A DNA stretch of 32,000 nt from an uncultured archaeon (lineage in GTDB: Archaea; Iainarchaeota; Iainarchaeia; Iainarchaeales; DATDZZ01): assembly GCA_964373795.1 (NCBI GenBank), contig CAYJVY010000001.1, positions 30,001 to 62,000 on the forward strand. Reading direction: 5' to 3'. The stretch's first letter is position 1. Each line of letters opens with the position of its first letter. Both the position numbers and the translations under genes were made by a program. The notes beneath the pieces were generated by a model. That model was not told where the DNA came from, did no database searches, and saw only the letters and a list, made by a program, of their open reading frames with translations. Below are positions 17,088-25,206 of this stretch, piece by piece.

Positions 17088-17306
17088 ATGAAGCTGCAAA
17101 AAATTTCTGAAACAAATACTGTAAGAGAAGTAATTGATTCGTTTCCTGAAACAAAAAAAATTTTACTTAGACATGGAATTAATTGTATTGGTTGCCATGC
17201 AAGCTATGGTTCAACTATTGAACAAGCAATTTATTCAAGTGGAAAAAAATTTGTTGAATTAAATGAATTAATAAATGAATTAAATGAATCAATAGAGAAA
17301 GATTAA
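17088..17306 (+). CDS. DUF1858 (ScdA-N / hybrid-cluster-protein-associated redox disulfide) domain protein
   Basis: 72 aa. TVREVIDSFPETKKILLRHGINCIGCHASYGSTIEQA matches the DUF1858 pattern, including the CxxC. Confidence 0.7.
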   Translation: MKLQKISETNTVREVIDSFPETKKILLRHGINCIGCHASYGSTIEQAIYSSGKKFVELNELINELNESIEKD

Positions 17307-17347
17307 TAAAATTAAATCAATTAATTAATGCTTAAGGAGGACATTTA

Positions 17348-17602
17348 ATGGGTAAATACAAAATTGAACACGATCGCCCAAATTGCATTGGTTGCGCGGC
17401 TTGCGCTTCAGTTAACCCTGATTTTTGGGTAATGGATGCAGACGGAAAATCAGACATAGTTGGAGGAAAAAAACTTCCAAATGGAGAAGAAGAATTGGAT
17501 ATTGAAGACAAGGATTTTAAATCAAATAAAGAAGCAGCAGATGTTTGCCCTGTAAACGTAATTCACATTCGCGATAAAGAACAAAATAAAAGAATAATTT
17601 AA
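17348..17602 (+). CDS. small single-cluster [4Fe-4S]/[3Fe-4S] ferredoxin
   Basis: 84 aa with CIGCAACASVNP (CxxCxxC) plus a distal CPVNVIHI (CP). GGAGG lies 8 nt upstream of the ATG. Confidence 0.85.
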   Translation: MGKYKIEHDRPNCIGCAACASVNPDFWVMDADGKSDIVGGKKLPNGEEELDIEDKDFKSNKEAADVCPVNVIHIRDKEQNKRII

Positions 17603-17674
17603 TTTTTCAAAGCAAAGAGAGTTTTTAGTTGCTCACCAAAAACACTTTAAAGATGTTTCTCTCTATTTAATTCA

Positions 17675-18415
17675 ATGATTGTTAAAGATGGAATTCCAAC
17701 TCATTTAGGAAAACCAGAGCCATGGCATTTAAGAGAAGGCACTCTTTTAAGGCATTTTGTTTTCGGAGTAGAAGACGGATTAATTTCAACTTTGGGTTTT
17801 CTTGCAGGAGTTTCAGGAGCAGCTTTATCAAACCAAATAATTTTGTTAGCAGGAGTTGCTGCAGCAGTTGCAGGAGCAATTTCTATGATGGCTGGAACTT
17901 ATTTAAGTGTGAAATCAGAAAAAGAATTATATTTCTCTGAATTAGAAAGAGAAAAAAAAGAAATAAAAGAAATGCCTGAAGAAGAAAAAGCAGAAATACG
18001 AAAAATATTTGAAGCAAAAGGATTTAAAGGAAAAAAACTTGACTTAATTGTTAAAACAATTTGCTCTGACGAACAATTATGGTTGGATGTAATGATGAAA
18101 GAAGAATTTGGATTAGTTGTTCCAGAAAATGAATCTCCATTAAAGTCTTCACTTGCAATGGGAGCTTCATTTGTAGTTGGAGCATTTTTTCCATTATCAG
18201 CTTACTTTATTTTTCCAAATCAATCAAATATAATAATTTTTTCAATCATTATTACTGGAATAGCTTTATTTGCATTTGGAGCAATTAAAACAGTTTTCAC
18301 CAAAAGAAATTTAATTAAAAGTGGAATTGAAATGTTAATTGTTGGATTAATTGCTTCAGGAATTGGATTTGCAATAGGAATACTTGTAAAAAACTATTTA
18401 GGAATAAATATTTAA
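17675..18415 (+). CDS. VIT1/CCC1-family Fe2+/Mn2+ transporter
   Basis: FVFGVEDGLISTLGFLAGVSGA, then TM helices, a charged cytoplasmic metal-binding-type loop (EREKKEIKEMPEEEKAEIRKIFE) and three C-terminal TM helices. This is the typical VIT layout. Confidence 0.85.
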   Translation: MIVKDGIPTHLGKPEPWHLREGTLLRHFVFGVEDGLISTLGFLAGVSGAALSNQIILLAGVAAAVAGAISMMAGTYLSVKSEKELYFSELEREKKEIKEMPEEEKAEIRKIFEAKGFKGKKLDLIVKTICSDEQLWLDVMMKEEFGLVVPENESPLKSSLAMGASFVVGAFFPLSAYFIFPNQSNIIIFSIIITGIALFAFGAIKTVFTKRNLIKSGIEMLIVGLIASGIGFAIGILVKNYLGINI

Positions 18416-18427
18416 AGGAGTGAAAAA

Positions 18428-19930
18428 ATGAAGGCAAACATTAAAACAGGATTTGAATTAAAAGAAAAAGCATTAAGTGTTTCACTTTTAAGTGACAGTT
18501 CATTAAATGAATTAAATAAAAAAAAGGTTTTAAATGAATTAGAAAAATTAATTCAAATAACAGTAAAAGATGAAGCGCTTGGAAAAAATGTGTCAAAAAG
18601 TATTTTCACTAAAATAGTGAAAAATTCCGCTCCATTAAATTTGTTAGTAATTGGTTTAGGGAAAGAAAAAGAATTAACTCTTGAAAAACTTAGAAGAAGT
18701 GTTTCAGGAATTACAAGCAAAGCTAGAGAACTTTCATTAGAAGAAATTTCTCTTGAAGTTCCAAAACTAGAAAAATTTTCTTTCCAGGAAACTTTTACTG
18801 CTTTAAGTGAAGGATTAATTCTTGGAAGCTATTTATTTGATAAATACAAAAATTATTCAAAAGATGAGCCAAAAAAAGAAGTGAAGAAATTGAATTTAAT
18901 TGTTTCAGCAAACAATTCTAAAACAGCTGAAACATTGTTAAAAGAAGTTGAAACAATTACTGCAAATGTTTTCATGGTTAGAAACTTGCAAAACGATAAC
19001 GCTGATGAAATAACTCCTTTAAAACTTGAACAAGTTTCCAAAGACATTGCTAAAAAATTTAATTTAAAAATCACTGTTTTAACTGAAAAAGAATTGAAAA
19101 AACTTGGAATGAATTTAGTTTTAGCAGTAAATCAGGGTTCAAAATTTCCTCCTAGAACAATAATACTTGAATTTAATGGAAACCCAAAAAGCAAAGAAGT
19201 TTACGCAATAGTTGGAAAAGGAATTACATTTGATTCAGGTGGATTAAATTTAAAGCCAACTGGGTATATTGAAACAATGCGAATGGATATGTCAGGAGCT
19301 GCAATTGTTTTGGGAACAATTAAAACCTTAGCTGAATTAAAAGTTAAAGTAAATGTAATTGCTGCTTTAACTGCAACTGAAAACCTTATTGGAAAAGGGG
19401 CTTACAAACCAGGAGATGTATTCAGAGCATTTAATGGAAAAACAGTTGAAATAGGAAACACTGATGCAGAAGGCAGATTAATTTTAGCTGATACTCTAGC
19501 TTACTTGGAAAAAAACTTTAAACCAGATTTATTCATTGACTTAGCTACTTTAACTGGTGCAATTAGAGTTGCATTAGGAGATGTTGTAGCAGGAATGTTT
19601 GGAAATTCAAAAGCTGAAAAGGCAATGAAAGAATTATTTGAAGTAGGAGAAAAAACAGGGGAAAGAGTTTGGCAGTTACCATTATATGAAGAATTCAAAG
19701 AAGACTTGAAATCAGATTTTGCTGATATAACTAATTCAGGTAAAAGCAGAACAGCTGGAAGCATTAATGGAGCTTTATTCTTGCAAGAATTTGTTGGAGA
19801 AACTCCTTGGATTCACTTAGATATTGCTGGAACAGCAATGCCTGAAAAACCTTTAGGATATGTTCCAAAAAATGGTTCTGGATGGGGAGTGCGCTTGTTA
19901 ACAGAATTCTTTAAAGAAAAACAAAAATGA
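18428..19930 (+). CDS. pepA: M17 leucyl aminopeptidase
   Basis: VGKGITFDSGGLNLKP and the M17 signature NTDAEGRLILAD. 500 aa. AAGGAGTG SD is present. Confidence 0.93.
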   Translation: MKANIKTGFELKEKALSVSLLSDSSLNELNKKKVLNELEKLIQITVKDEALGKNVSKSIFTKIVKNSAPLNLLVIGLGKEKELTLEKLRRSVSGITSKARELSLEEISLEVPKLEKFSFQETFTALSEGLILGSYLFDKYKNYSKDEPKKEVKKLNLIVSANNSKTAETLLKEVETITANVFMVRNLQNDNADEITPLKLEQVSKDIAKKFNLKITVLTEKELKKLGMNLVLAVNQGSKFPPRTIILEFNGNPKSKEVYAIVGKGITFDSGGLNLKPTGYIETMRMDMSGAAIVLGTIKTLAELKVKVNVIAALTATENLIGKGAYKPGDVFRAFNGKTVEIGNTDAEGRLILADTLAYLEKNFKPDLFIDLATLTGAIRVALGDVVAGMFGNSKAEKAMKELFEVGEKTGERVWQLPLYEEFKEDLKSDFADITNSGKSRTAGSINGALFLQEFVGETPWIHLDIAGTAMPEKPLGYVPKNGSGWGVRLLTEFFKEKQK

Positions 19931-19934
19931 TTGA

Positions 19935-20342
19935 ATGCCTAGAAAAAGAATTTCAAGAAAAAATAAAACTACTAAAAGTGCTTCTGAAAGAAAGTTGCAA
20001 AACCCTAAAAAACCTAGTAAACTTGAAATTGAAAGAAGAAATATTGCTTACATTAGGAAAAACAATGAAAACCCTAAATGGAGGTCAACTGTGTTTTTCC
20101 AACCAGGACATTTTGTTACCTTGCAAAGAAGAGGTAACACTTATTTTGGCAGAGTTGAAAATCTTGAAGGCTTTGAAGATGATTTAAAGATTGTAGCAAA
20201 GTTTACTCATAGAATTGATGCTCGAGGCAAATTTAGTTTATTAAAGGATTTTCTTGATGTAAGAAAAGCGCCTGTAACTGTGAGTGTTGGTTTTCGAAAT
20301 CCAAGATTAAGGCGTTATATTAAAGAACCAAAAATAATCTAA
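19935..20342 (+). CDS. hypothetical protein with a highly basic N-terminal tail (possible nucleic-acid binder)
   Basis: 135 aa starting 4 nt after the pepA stop. The N-terminus is MPRKRISRKNKTTKSASERKLQNPKKPSKLEIERRN, followed by a ~90-aa globular-looking region. It competes with an 86-aa ORF in another frame (19927..20187). It was chosen for its length and non-repetitive C-terminal half. Confidence 0.45.
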   Translation: MPRKRISRKNKTTKSASERKLQNPKKPSKLEIERRNIAYIRKNNENPKWRSTVFFQPGHFVTLQRRGNTYFGRVENLEGFEDDLKIVAKFTHRIDARGKFSLLKDFLDVRKAPVTVSVGFRNPRLRRYIKEPKII

Positions 20343-20440
20343 TTTATTTCAATTAAATTATACGAGTATTAAATAACCCTAGGAATTGTTGCAGTAAAAT
20401 AGCAATTCTTAAAAAGACTAAAACATAATATTGTTTAAAT

Positions 20441-22363
20441 ATGAGAAAATCCGCAGTAATTGTTTTCTTTGCGGTTTTACTAGTTTTCTTAGCCGTAAAT
20501 GCATTTGCTACTGATATTGGTTCAAGAAACTCTTTATGTGGTTATACTTCAGACCATTTAAACAAACCAAATGGCAGATGCGAACCAAACAAAGGAGAAA
20601 CATCTGATACTTGCTACATTGATTGCTCTTATGTTAGTCCTTGTGGAGATCAATGGTGTCAAGGCTGGGAATTATATTCATGCCAGTATCCAAACAATCA
20701 ATTAGATTCAAGCACTTGTGTGAAAAATGAAAACAAATGTGGAGATTGTTCTTCTGTTTGCGGGGATGGGAGATGCGGAGAACTAGAATCCCTTGGATTT
20801 GCTTCAAGTCCTCAAACAAGATGGGATGGAACAATAATTTATGCTTGCCCTCAAGACTGCAGACCTACTTCAACTTGTGGTAATGGAGTGTGTGAAAAAA
20901 CCACAAATTATTATCCAGGCGAAGATCAAACAAGTTGTCCAAAAGACTGTGGATGTGGAACAGGTAAAAGCTTTGACTCAATAAGTGCAACATGTAAAAC
21001 AAGCTCTGTTTGCGGAAACAAAGTATGCGAATCAGATAATAAAACTTTTTTCCCTGTAGAGTCTCCGGCAAACTGTTTAATAGATTGTTCTTGCAATTCA
21101 GGGGAATACTTTGACTCAAGCACTGAAACTTGCAAAAAAATTCCTGAATGTGAAACTGGGACTGCCTTAAATGCAAACAATGTTTGTGTTCCAATTTGTT
21201 CTAAAAATAATCCAAGCGAATGTAAAACAAAAGAAGCATGCGAAGCGCAAAAAATTTATTGGTGTAAAAATCAATCAGGAATAGAAGCATGCTCTGCAAC
21301 TCCTTGCACTATTGCTTGCAATGCAAACAATTTAAGTTCTTGCAACAGCAAAGAGAAATGTGAAACAGTAAAACTTTTTTGGTGCACTAAGGACAACAAC
21401 AGTTATTGCTCTGTAACAGAATGTTCAAAGTGTTCAGCAAATAGTTTACAGTACTGTATTAATGCAAGTGATTGCGCGCAAGCAAAAGGAAAATGGTGCA
21501 AACAAGGCAATGATTTTTACTGCGCTGAATCTTCTGCTGACTGCCATGACAGAGAATCCCCAGAACCAGAAATAACTCCAAAAAACTTTAATCAGCAAAT
21601 TCCTGCAATGGATTCAAACAATTTAGATGCAAACAACAACCAAAAAAATTCAGGGCAAGAAATTCCAACAATAGACAAGCAACAACCAAATAAAACAGAA
21701 AAACAAGAAAAAACTGAAACAAATCCTAGTCAAGGAAGTTCAAGTAATGATTCAAGTGGAAGTGGAGTTAGCGAAAACCCACGCAGTGGAGGAAACACAG
21801 GCTCTGAAAAAGGTTTTGAAAAGATTACAAGAAAAAATGAAACTCAAATAAAAGAAACAGAATTAGTTTCATCAAATGAAAAAGTAAATGAACCTGGAAG
21901 TGAAAAAAAAGTAAACCCATTAAACGAATTAAACCAATCCAGTGAACCAACAAATTTTTGTGGAAACAGTGTTTGCGAAGAAAAAGAATCAAATTATAGT
22001 TGTGCAATTGACTGCCCTATTTTAGTCAGGGAAATAAAAGTTGGAAAAGTTACAAAAATTCCTTCTCAACAAGAAAAATTCGAAATAGCTAAAAAAGTTT
22101 CAACAGCAAAAAACAAGTTTGAAAAAGTTAAACAAAAATTGAAAACAATCAAAGAATATTACAAAAATTCAGGCAATAAAGAAAAAGAAAACAACATAAT
22201 AATTGTTATAACAATTTTGGAATTAGGGCAAAAAAATTTGGTGGAAAACGAGTCAAAATTGGTAAAATCTGAAAAACTAAGCACTGAAGAATTAACTGAA
22301 ATAAAATATAATTTGAAATTTGTTTCAGAATTCTTAAAAGATGCTTTAGAAAAGCTTGGATGA
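20441..22363 (+). CDS. secreted, modular, extremely Cys-rich protein (about 50 Cys) with a C-terminal coiled-coil-like region
   Basis: Sec-type signal peptide MRKSAVIVFFAVLLVFLAVNAFA. There are four or five CG[DN]xxC[EG]...CxxDC modules (e.g. CGNGVCEKTTNYYPGEDQTSCPKDC, CGNKVCESDN...CLIDC, CGNSVCEEKESNYSCAIDC). Three tandem ~38-aa six-Cys repeats span aa 253-368. An N/Q/S/E-rich linker (aa ~369-503) follows, then a K/E-rich helical tail. No TM anchor is present. Confidence 0.8.
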   Translation: MRKSAVIVFFAVLLVFLAVNAFATDIGSRNSLCGYTSDHLNKPNGRCEPNKGETSDTCYIDCSYVSPCGDQWCQGWELYSCQYPNNQLDSSTCVKNENKCGDCSSVCGDGRCGELESLGFASSPQTRWDGTIIYACPQDCRPTSTCGNGVCEKTTNYYPGEDQTSCPKDCGCGTGKSFDSISATCKTSSVCGNKVCESDNKTFFPVESPANCLIDCSCNSGEYFDSSTETCKKIPECETGTALNANNVCVPICSKNNPSECKTKEACEAQKIYWCKNQSGIEACSATPCTIACNANNLSSCNSKEKCETVKLFWCTKDNNSYCSVTECSKCSANSLQYCINASDCAQAKGKWCKQGNDFYCAESSADCHDRESPEPEITPKNFNQQIPAMDSNNLDANNNQKNSGQEIPTIDKQQPNKTEKQEKTETNPSQGSSSNDSSGSGVSENPRSGGNTGSEKGFEKITRKNETQIKETELVSSNEKVNEPGSEKKVNPLNELNQSSEPTNFCGNSVCEEKESNYSCAIDCPILVREIKVGKVTKIPSQQEKFEIAKKVSTAKNKFEKVKQKLKTIKEYYKNSGNKEKENNIIIVITILELGQKNLVENESKLVKSEKLSTEELTEIKYNLKFVSEFLKDALEKLG

Positions 22364-22374
22364 AAAGTGATTAA

Positions 22375-22614
22375 ATGAATAAACAAAGTTTTACATTAAT
22401 TGTCGTATTTCTAATAATTATTTTTTTAAGCGGGTGCATAAAGCAAAACTTGTTGCAAAACAATGCACAAAACAATTCAGATGATGGAACAGAACAAAAA
22501 ATTGAAACAAATCTAGAAACTGAAGGGGAAGCACAACAAGAGGCAAGTAAAGCAAAACAAGAAATCAGTGAAGTGCAAAAAGACTTAGATAAATTAGTTA
22601 ATGATTTAAAGTAA
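22375..22614 (+). CDS. small lipobox lipoprotein with an acidic coiled-coil-like C-terminus
   Basis: 79 aa. MNKQSFTLIVVFLIIIFLSGC is a lipobox, followed by a Q/N/E-rich stretch and a helical tail (EASKAKQEISEVQKDLDKLVNDLK). It starts 11 nt after the Cys-rich gene stop. Confidence 0.6.
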   Translation: MNKQSFTLIVVFLIIIFLSGCIKQNLLQNNAQNNSDDGTEQKIETNLETEGEAQQEASKAKQEISEVQKDLDKLVNDLK

Positions 22615-22667
22615 AATTCCTTTTCCTGTTCAATTAGTATTTAATTTGTTTTCTTTTTACTTTATTT

Positions 22668-23510
22668 ATGCAACCAACAACATTATTTTTTGGAACAGCC
22701 GGAATTCCTATTTCGACAAAGCCTTCTTCAATTGTAAACGGAGTTAAACAAATTAAAAAACTTGGATTGGAGTCAATGGAAATAGAATTTGTTCATGGAA
22801 TTACAATTAAAAAAGAGGAAACAGCTCAAGAAATTAAAAAAACAGCTGAAACAGAACAAGTAATGCTTTCATGCCATGGACCATACTTTGTTAACTTGAA
22901 TGCTCAAGAAGAAAAGAAAAAGCATGCAACAATGAATTTCATTAAACAAGCAAGTGAAATGGCTTCACTTGCAGGAGCTTACTCTATTTGTTTTCACATG
23001 GCTTATTTAATGGGAATGCCAAAAGAAAAAGTAACAAAAATTGTTATTCAAAGATTGAATGAAATAATTTCAGACCTGCAATCCAAAGAACACAAAATAT
23101 GGGTTCGACCGGAAACAGCTGGAAGAATTACTCAATGGGGAGAAATAGAAGACATTATAGAGGTTTCAACTCAAGTAGATCAAGTACTTCCATGTGTGGA
23201 TTTTGCACATTTATTTGCTCACTCTATTGGAAAAAATAATTCAAATGAATTCTTTCACTCTGTTCTCGAAAAAATAGAGAAAGGTTTAGGAAAAGAAGCT
23301 TTGAAAAACATGCATTGTCATATGGAAGGAATTGAATTCACTGAAAAAGGAGAAAAAAAACACGTTACTTTAAAGGAATGCAAATTTAATTTTCAAGGAG
23401 TATTAAAAGCATTAAAAGAATTCAATTGCAAAGGAATTGTAACATGTGAATCTCCAAACCTTGAAACAGATGCATTAATTCTTAAAAAAGAATTTGAAAA
23501 AATTGGTTAA
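22668..23510 (+). CDS. endonuclease IV-like (xylose-isomerase-like TIM-barrel, AP endonuclease family 2) protein
   Basis: The metal-ligand contexts are in Endo IV order: SCHGPYFVNL (cf. HAPYLINL), CFHMA, VRPETAG (cf. LENTAG), CVDFAHLFA (cf. CFDTCHAFA), HCHMEG and TCESP (cf. ILETP). Confidence 0.7.
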   Translation: MQPTTLFFGTAGIPISTKPSSIVNGVKQIKKLGLESMEIEFVHGITIKKEETAQEIKKTAETEQVMLSCHGPYFVNLNAQEEKKKHATMNFIKQASEMASLAGAYSICFHMAYLMGMPKEKVTKIVIQRLNEIISDLQSKEHKIWVRPETAGRITQWGEIEDIIEVSTQVDQVLPCVDFAHLFAHSIGKNNSNEFFHSVLEKIEKGLGKEALKNMHCHMEGIEFTEKGEKKHVTLKECKFNFQGVLKALKEFNCKGIVTCESPNLETDALILKKEFEKIG

Positions 23511-23540
23511 TATAATTAAGGATTAAAAGAAGTGGATTAA

Positions 23541-24122
23541 TTGCTTGGCTTAAATGAAAAAGAATTAGAATTTTTACGTGACTTGAATAGTTGGTGCAGG
23601 CAAAACTTTGATTTTGTTTGGAGCATTCCATTTGAAGAAGGAGAATTCTTGTATTGGCTTGTTCGTTCACTGAAAGCAAAAAAAATTTTAGAAATTGGCA
23701 CATCATATGGAATGTCAACTTGTTGGCTTGGCCTTTCTGCACGTGCAAATAAAGGAAAAGTTGTTTCATTAGAACTCCGCGAAGAAGCAGTTGAAGCGGC
23801 AAAAAAAAATTTGTCTGAATTAGGCTTGGAGAAAACTGTTAAAGTAATTCAAGGAGATGCTTTTGAGATACTGAAACAATTTGCAGAGCAAAAAAAGAAA
23901 TTTGATTTCATTTTCCTTGATTCCCATAAACAAGATTACATTGAACAATTCAAACTCTTTTATCCAATGCTTTCAAAAGGAGCAATAATAGTTGCAGATA
24001 ATATTCATACTCACTCTCAAGGAACCAAGCCTTATGTAGAGTTTGTTCAAAGCAATTCAAATCTTTTATCGCAAACAAATCCAATTGGAAATGGAGTGGA
24101 ATTAACATTAAAACTTAAATAA
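23541..24122 (+). CDS. class I SAM-dependent O-methyltransferase (family 3, catechol-OMT/YrrM-like)
   Basis: SAM motif I ILEIGTSYGMST, then LELREEAVEAAKKNL and FDFIFLDSHKQDY...IVADN. TTG start at 23541; there is no upstream in-frame ATG. Confidence 0.8.
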   Translation: MLGLNEKELEFLRDLNSWCRQNFDFVWSIPFEEGEFLYWLVRSLKAKKILEIGTSYGMSTCWLGLSARANKGKVVSLELREEAVEAAKKNLSELGLEKTVKVIQGDAFEILKQFAEQKKKFDFIFLDSHKQDYIEQFKLFYPMLSKGAIIVADNIHTHSQGTKPYVEFVQSNSNLLSQTNPIGNGVELTLKLK

Positions 24123-24137
24123 TGGAGGAAAAATTAA

Positions 24138-24644
24138 ATGCCTTTAACACCTTTTCATTGGAGTATTGTTTTGCTAGGAATTCTTTTCTTTAACACTTTT
24201 TATATTCCGGCATTAGCTGTTTCAAGTGTTTTAATGGATTTAGAGCCTCTTTACTTTCACTTCCTTGTTCCAGATCCAGAAGGATATATTCACAGATTTT
24301 TTCATACATATATTGGAGTAACAATTCTTGGCTTGATTGTAGGGATTGCTTTAATTAAAGGCAGAAAAATTGTTGACCAATTCATGGGTTTTTTTAAATT
24401 AGATCAAAGACTAGTTTCAAGCAAATTAATTTTATTTTCTTCTTTAATTGGCGCATGGTCGCACGTATTTTTTGACTCGTTTTTGCATAAAGACATTAAA
24501 CCTTTCTGGCCAATTGAAGTCAATCCTTTTCTTGGAAAAATAAGTGTAATTAATGTTTATTTAATTACAGGGTTAATGCTTTTTTTAGTTTTCGCAATTT
24601 ATTTTTGGAGATTAATGAAAAACTTTTCGCCAAAGAAAAAATAA
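24138..24644 (+). CDS. membrane protein, possibly DUF457/YdjM-like membrane-bound metal-dependent hydrolase
   Basis: 168 aa. HRFFHTYIG and GAWSHVFFDSFLHKDIKPFWP resemble the HRg.tHs and sH..lD....g..l.wP motifs of DUF457 as I recall them. GGAGG SD is present. Confidence 0.5.
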   Translation: MPLTPFHWSIVLLGILFFNTFYIPALAVSSVLMDLEPLYFHFLVPDPEGYIHRFFHTYIGVTILGLIVGIALIKGRKIVDQFMGFFKLDQRLVSSKLILFSSLIGAWSHVFFDSFLHKDIKPFWPIEVNPFLGKISVINVYLITGLMLFLVFAIYFWRLMKNFSPKKK

Positions 24645-24676
24645 AAAAAATTTGATTTATTTAAATTTGTATATTT

Positions 24677-24928
24677 ATGTTTGCAAAAAATTTGGAAACA
24701 AAAAAAGCCGAAAAAGAAGTGGAAAAGTTTTACACTTTCTTAATTTTTTTATTTATCTTCAACTTTTTATTAGTGTTATCGTTTCTTTTTTTTGCAGGAA
24801 TTTACTTAAAACTAATTCCCCTCAATTTTTTGATTATATATTTTTTAATAGTAGTTTTTGCACTAATTTTCTTGCCAAAAACAATATACAAATTTTTTTA
24901 TTCAAAACAAAAAAATAAAGGCAAATAA
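24677..24928 (+). CDS. hypothetical small two-TM membrane protein
   Basis: 83 aa with an ATG start, charged termini (KKAEKEVEK / KQKNKGK) and two clean hydrophobic helices. Preferred over the overlapping TTG-initiated 24652..24918 ORF in another frame. Confidence 0.4.
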   Translation: MFAKNLETKKAEKEVEKFYTFLIFLFIFNFLLVLSFLFFAGIYLKLIPLNFLIIYFLIVVFALIFLPKTIYKFFYSKQKNKGK

Positions 24929-25152
24929 TCAAAAAATTGGGTTTTTTGAGTTCTAATATTTGGTTGACTGGCATGGCACATATCAATATTCAAAACAAAT
25001 CACACAAAATTGGTTGCATGTAAAAAAAGTGAGCTAGACAACCACTAAAACAGCTTTTCTCCAGGTAAAAACACATTTTGAAGGCATTTTTTATACGTAA
25101 TTAGCTATGCAAAAACATCTTGAAATTGCCATCTTCGTTTCTTGTCGTAATG

Positions 25153-25160
25153 TTTAAAAA
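25153..25160 (+). promoter_or_regulatory. candidate archaeal TATA box (TTTAAAAA) for the ATP-synthase operon
   Basis: It lies 47 nt upstream of the atpH ATG, at the end of a 278-nt non-coding gap. AT-rich DNA makes TATA calls by eye unreliable. Confidence 0.3.
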
Positions 25161-25206
25161 CTTGTTTTCCTTTTATTTTTTTGAACAGAAAAATAAATGA
25201 TTAAGG

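Noticed and set aside
21545-21949. N/Q/S/E-rich low-complexity stretch as a separate gene or nucleotide-level tandem repeat
   Set aside because: It is in frame and continuous with the Cys-rich ORF on both sides. Only a loose peptide echo (QQIPAMD / QEIPTID) is present, with no DNA-level repeat, so it is treated as a linker.
24652-24918. 88-aa TTG-initiated ORF overlapping the 24677..24928 ORF in another frame
   Set aside because: It is T-rich DNA open in two frames. The ATG-initiated frame gives a clean two-TM topology with charged ends. This frame gives an irregular K/R/F-rich sequence. Neither is certain.
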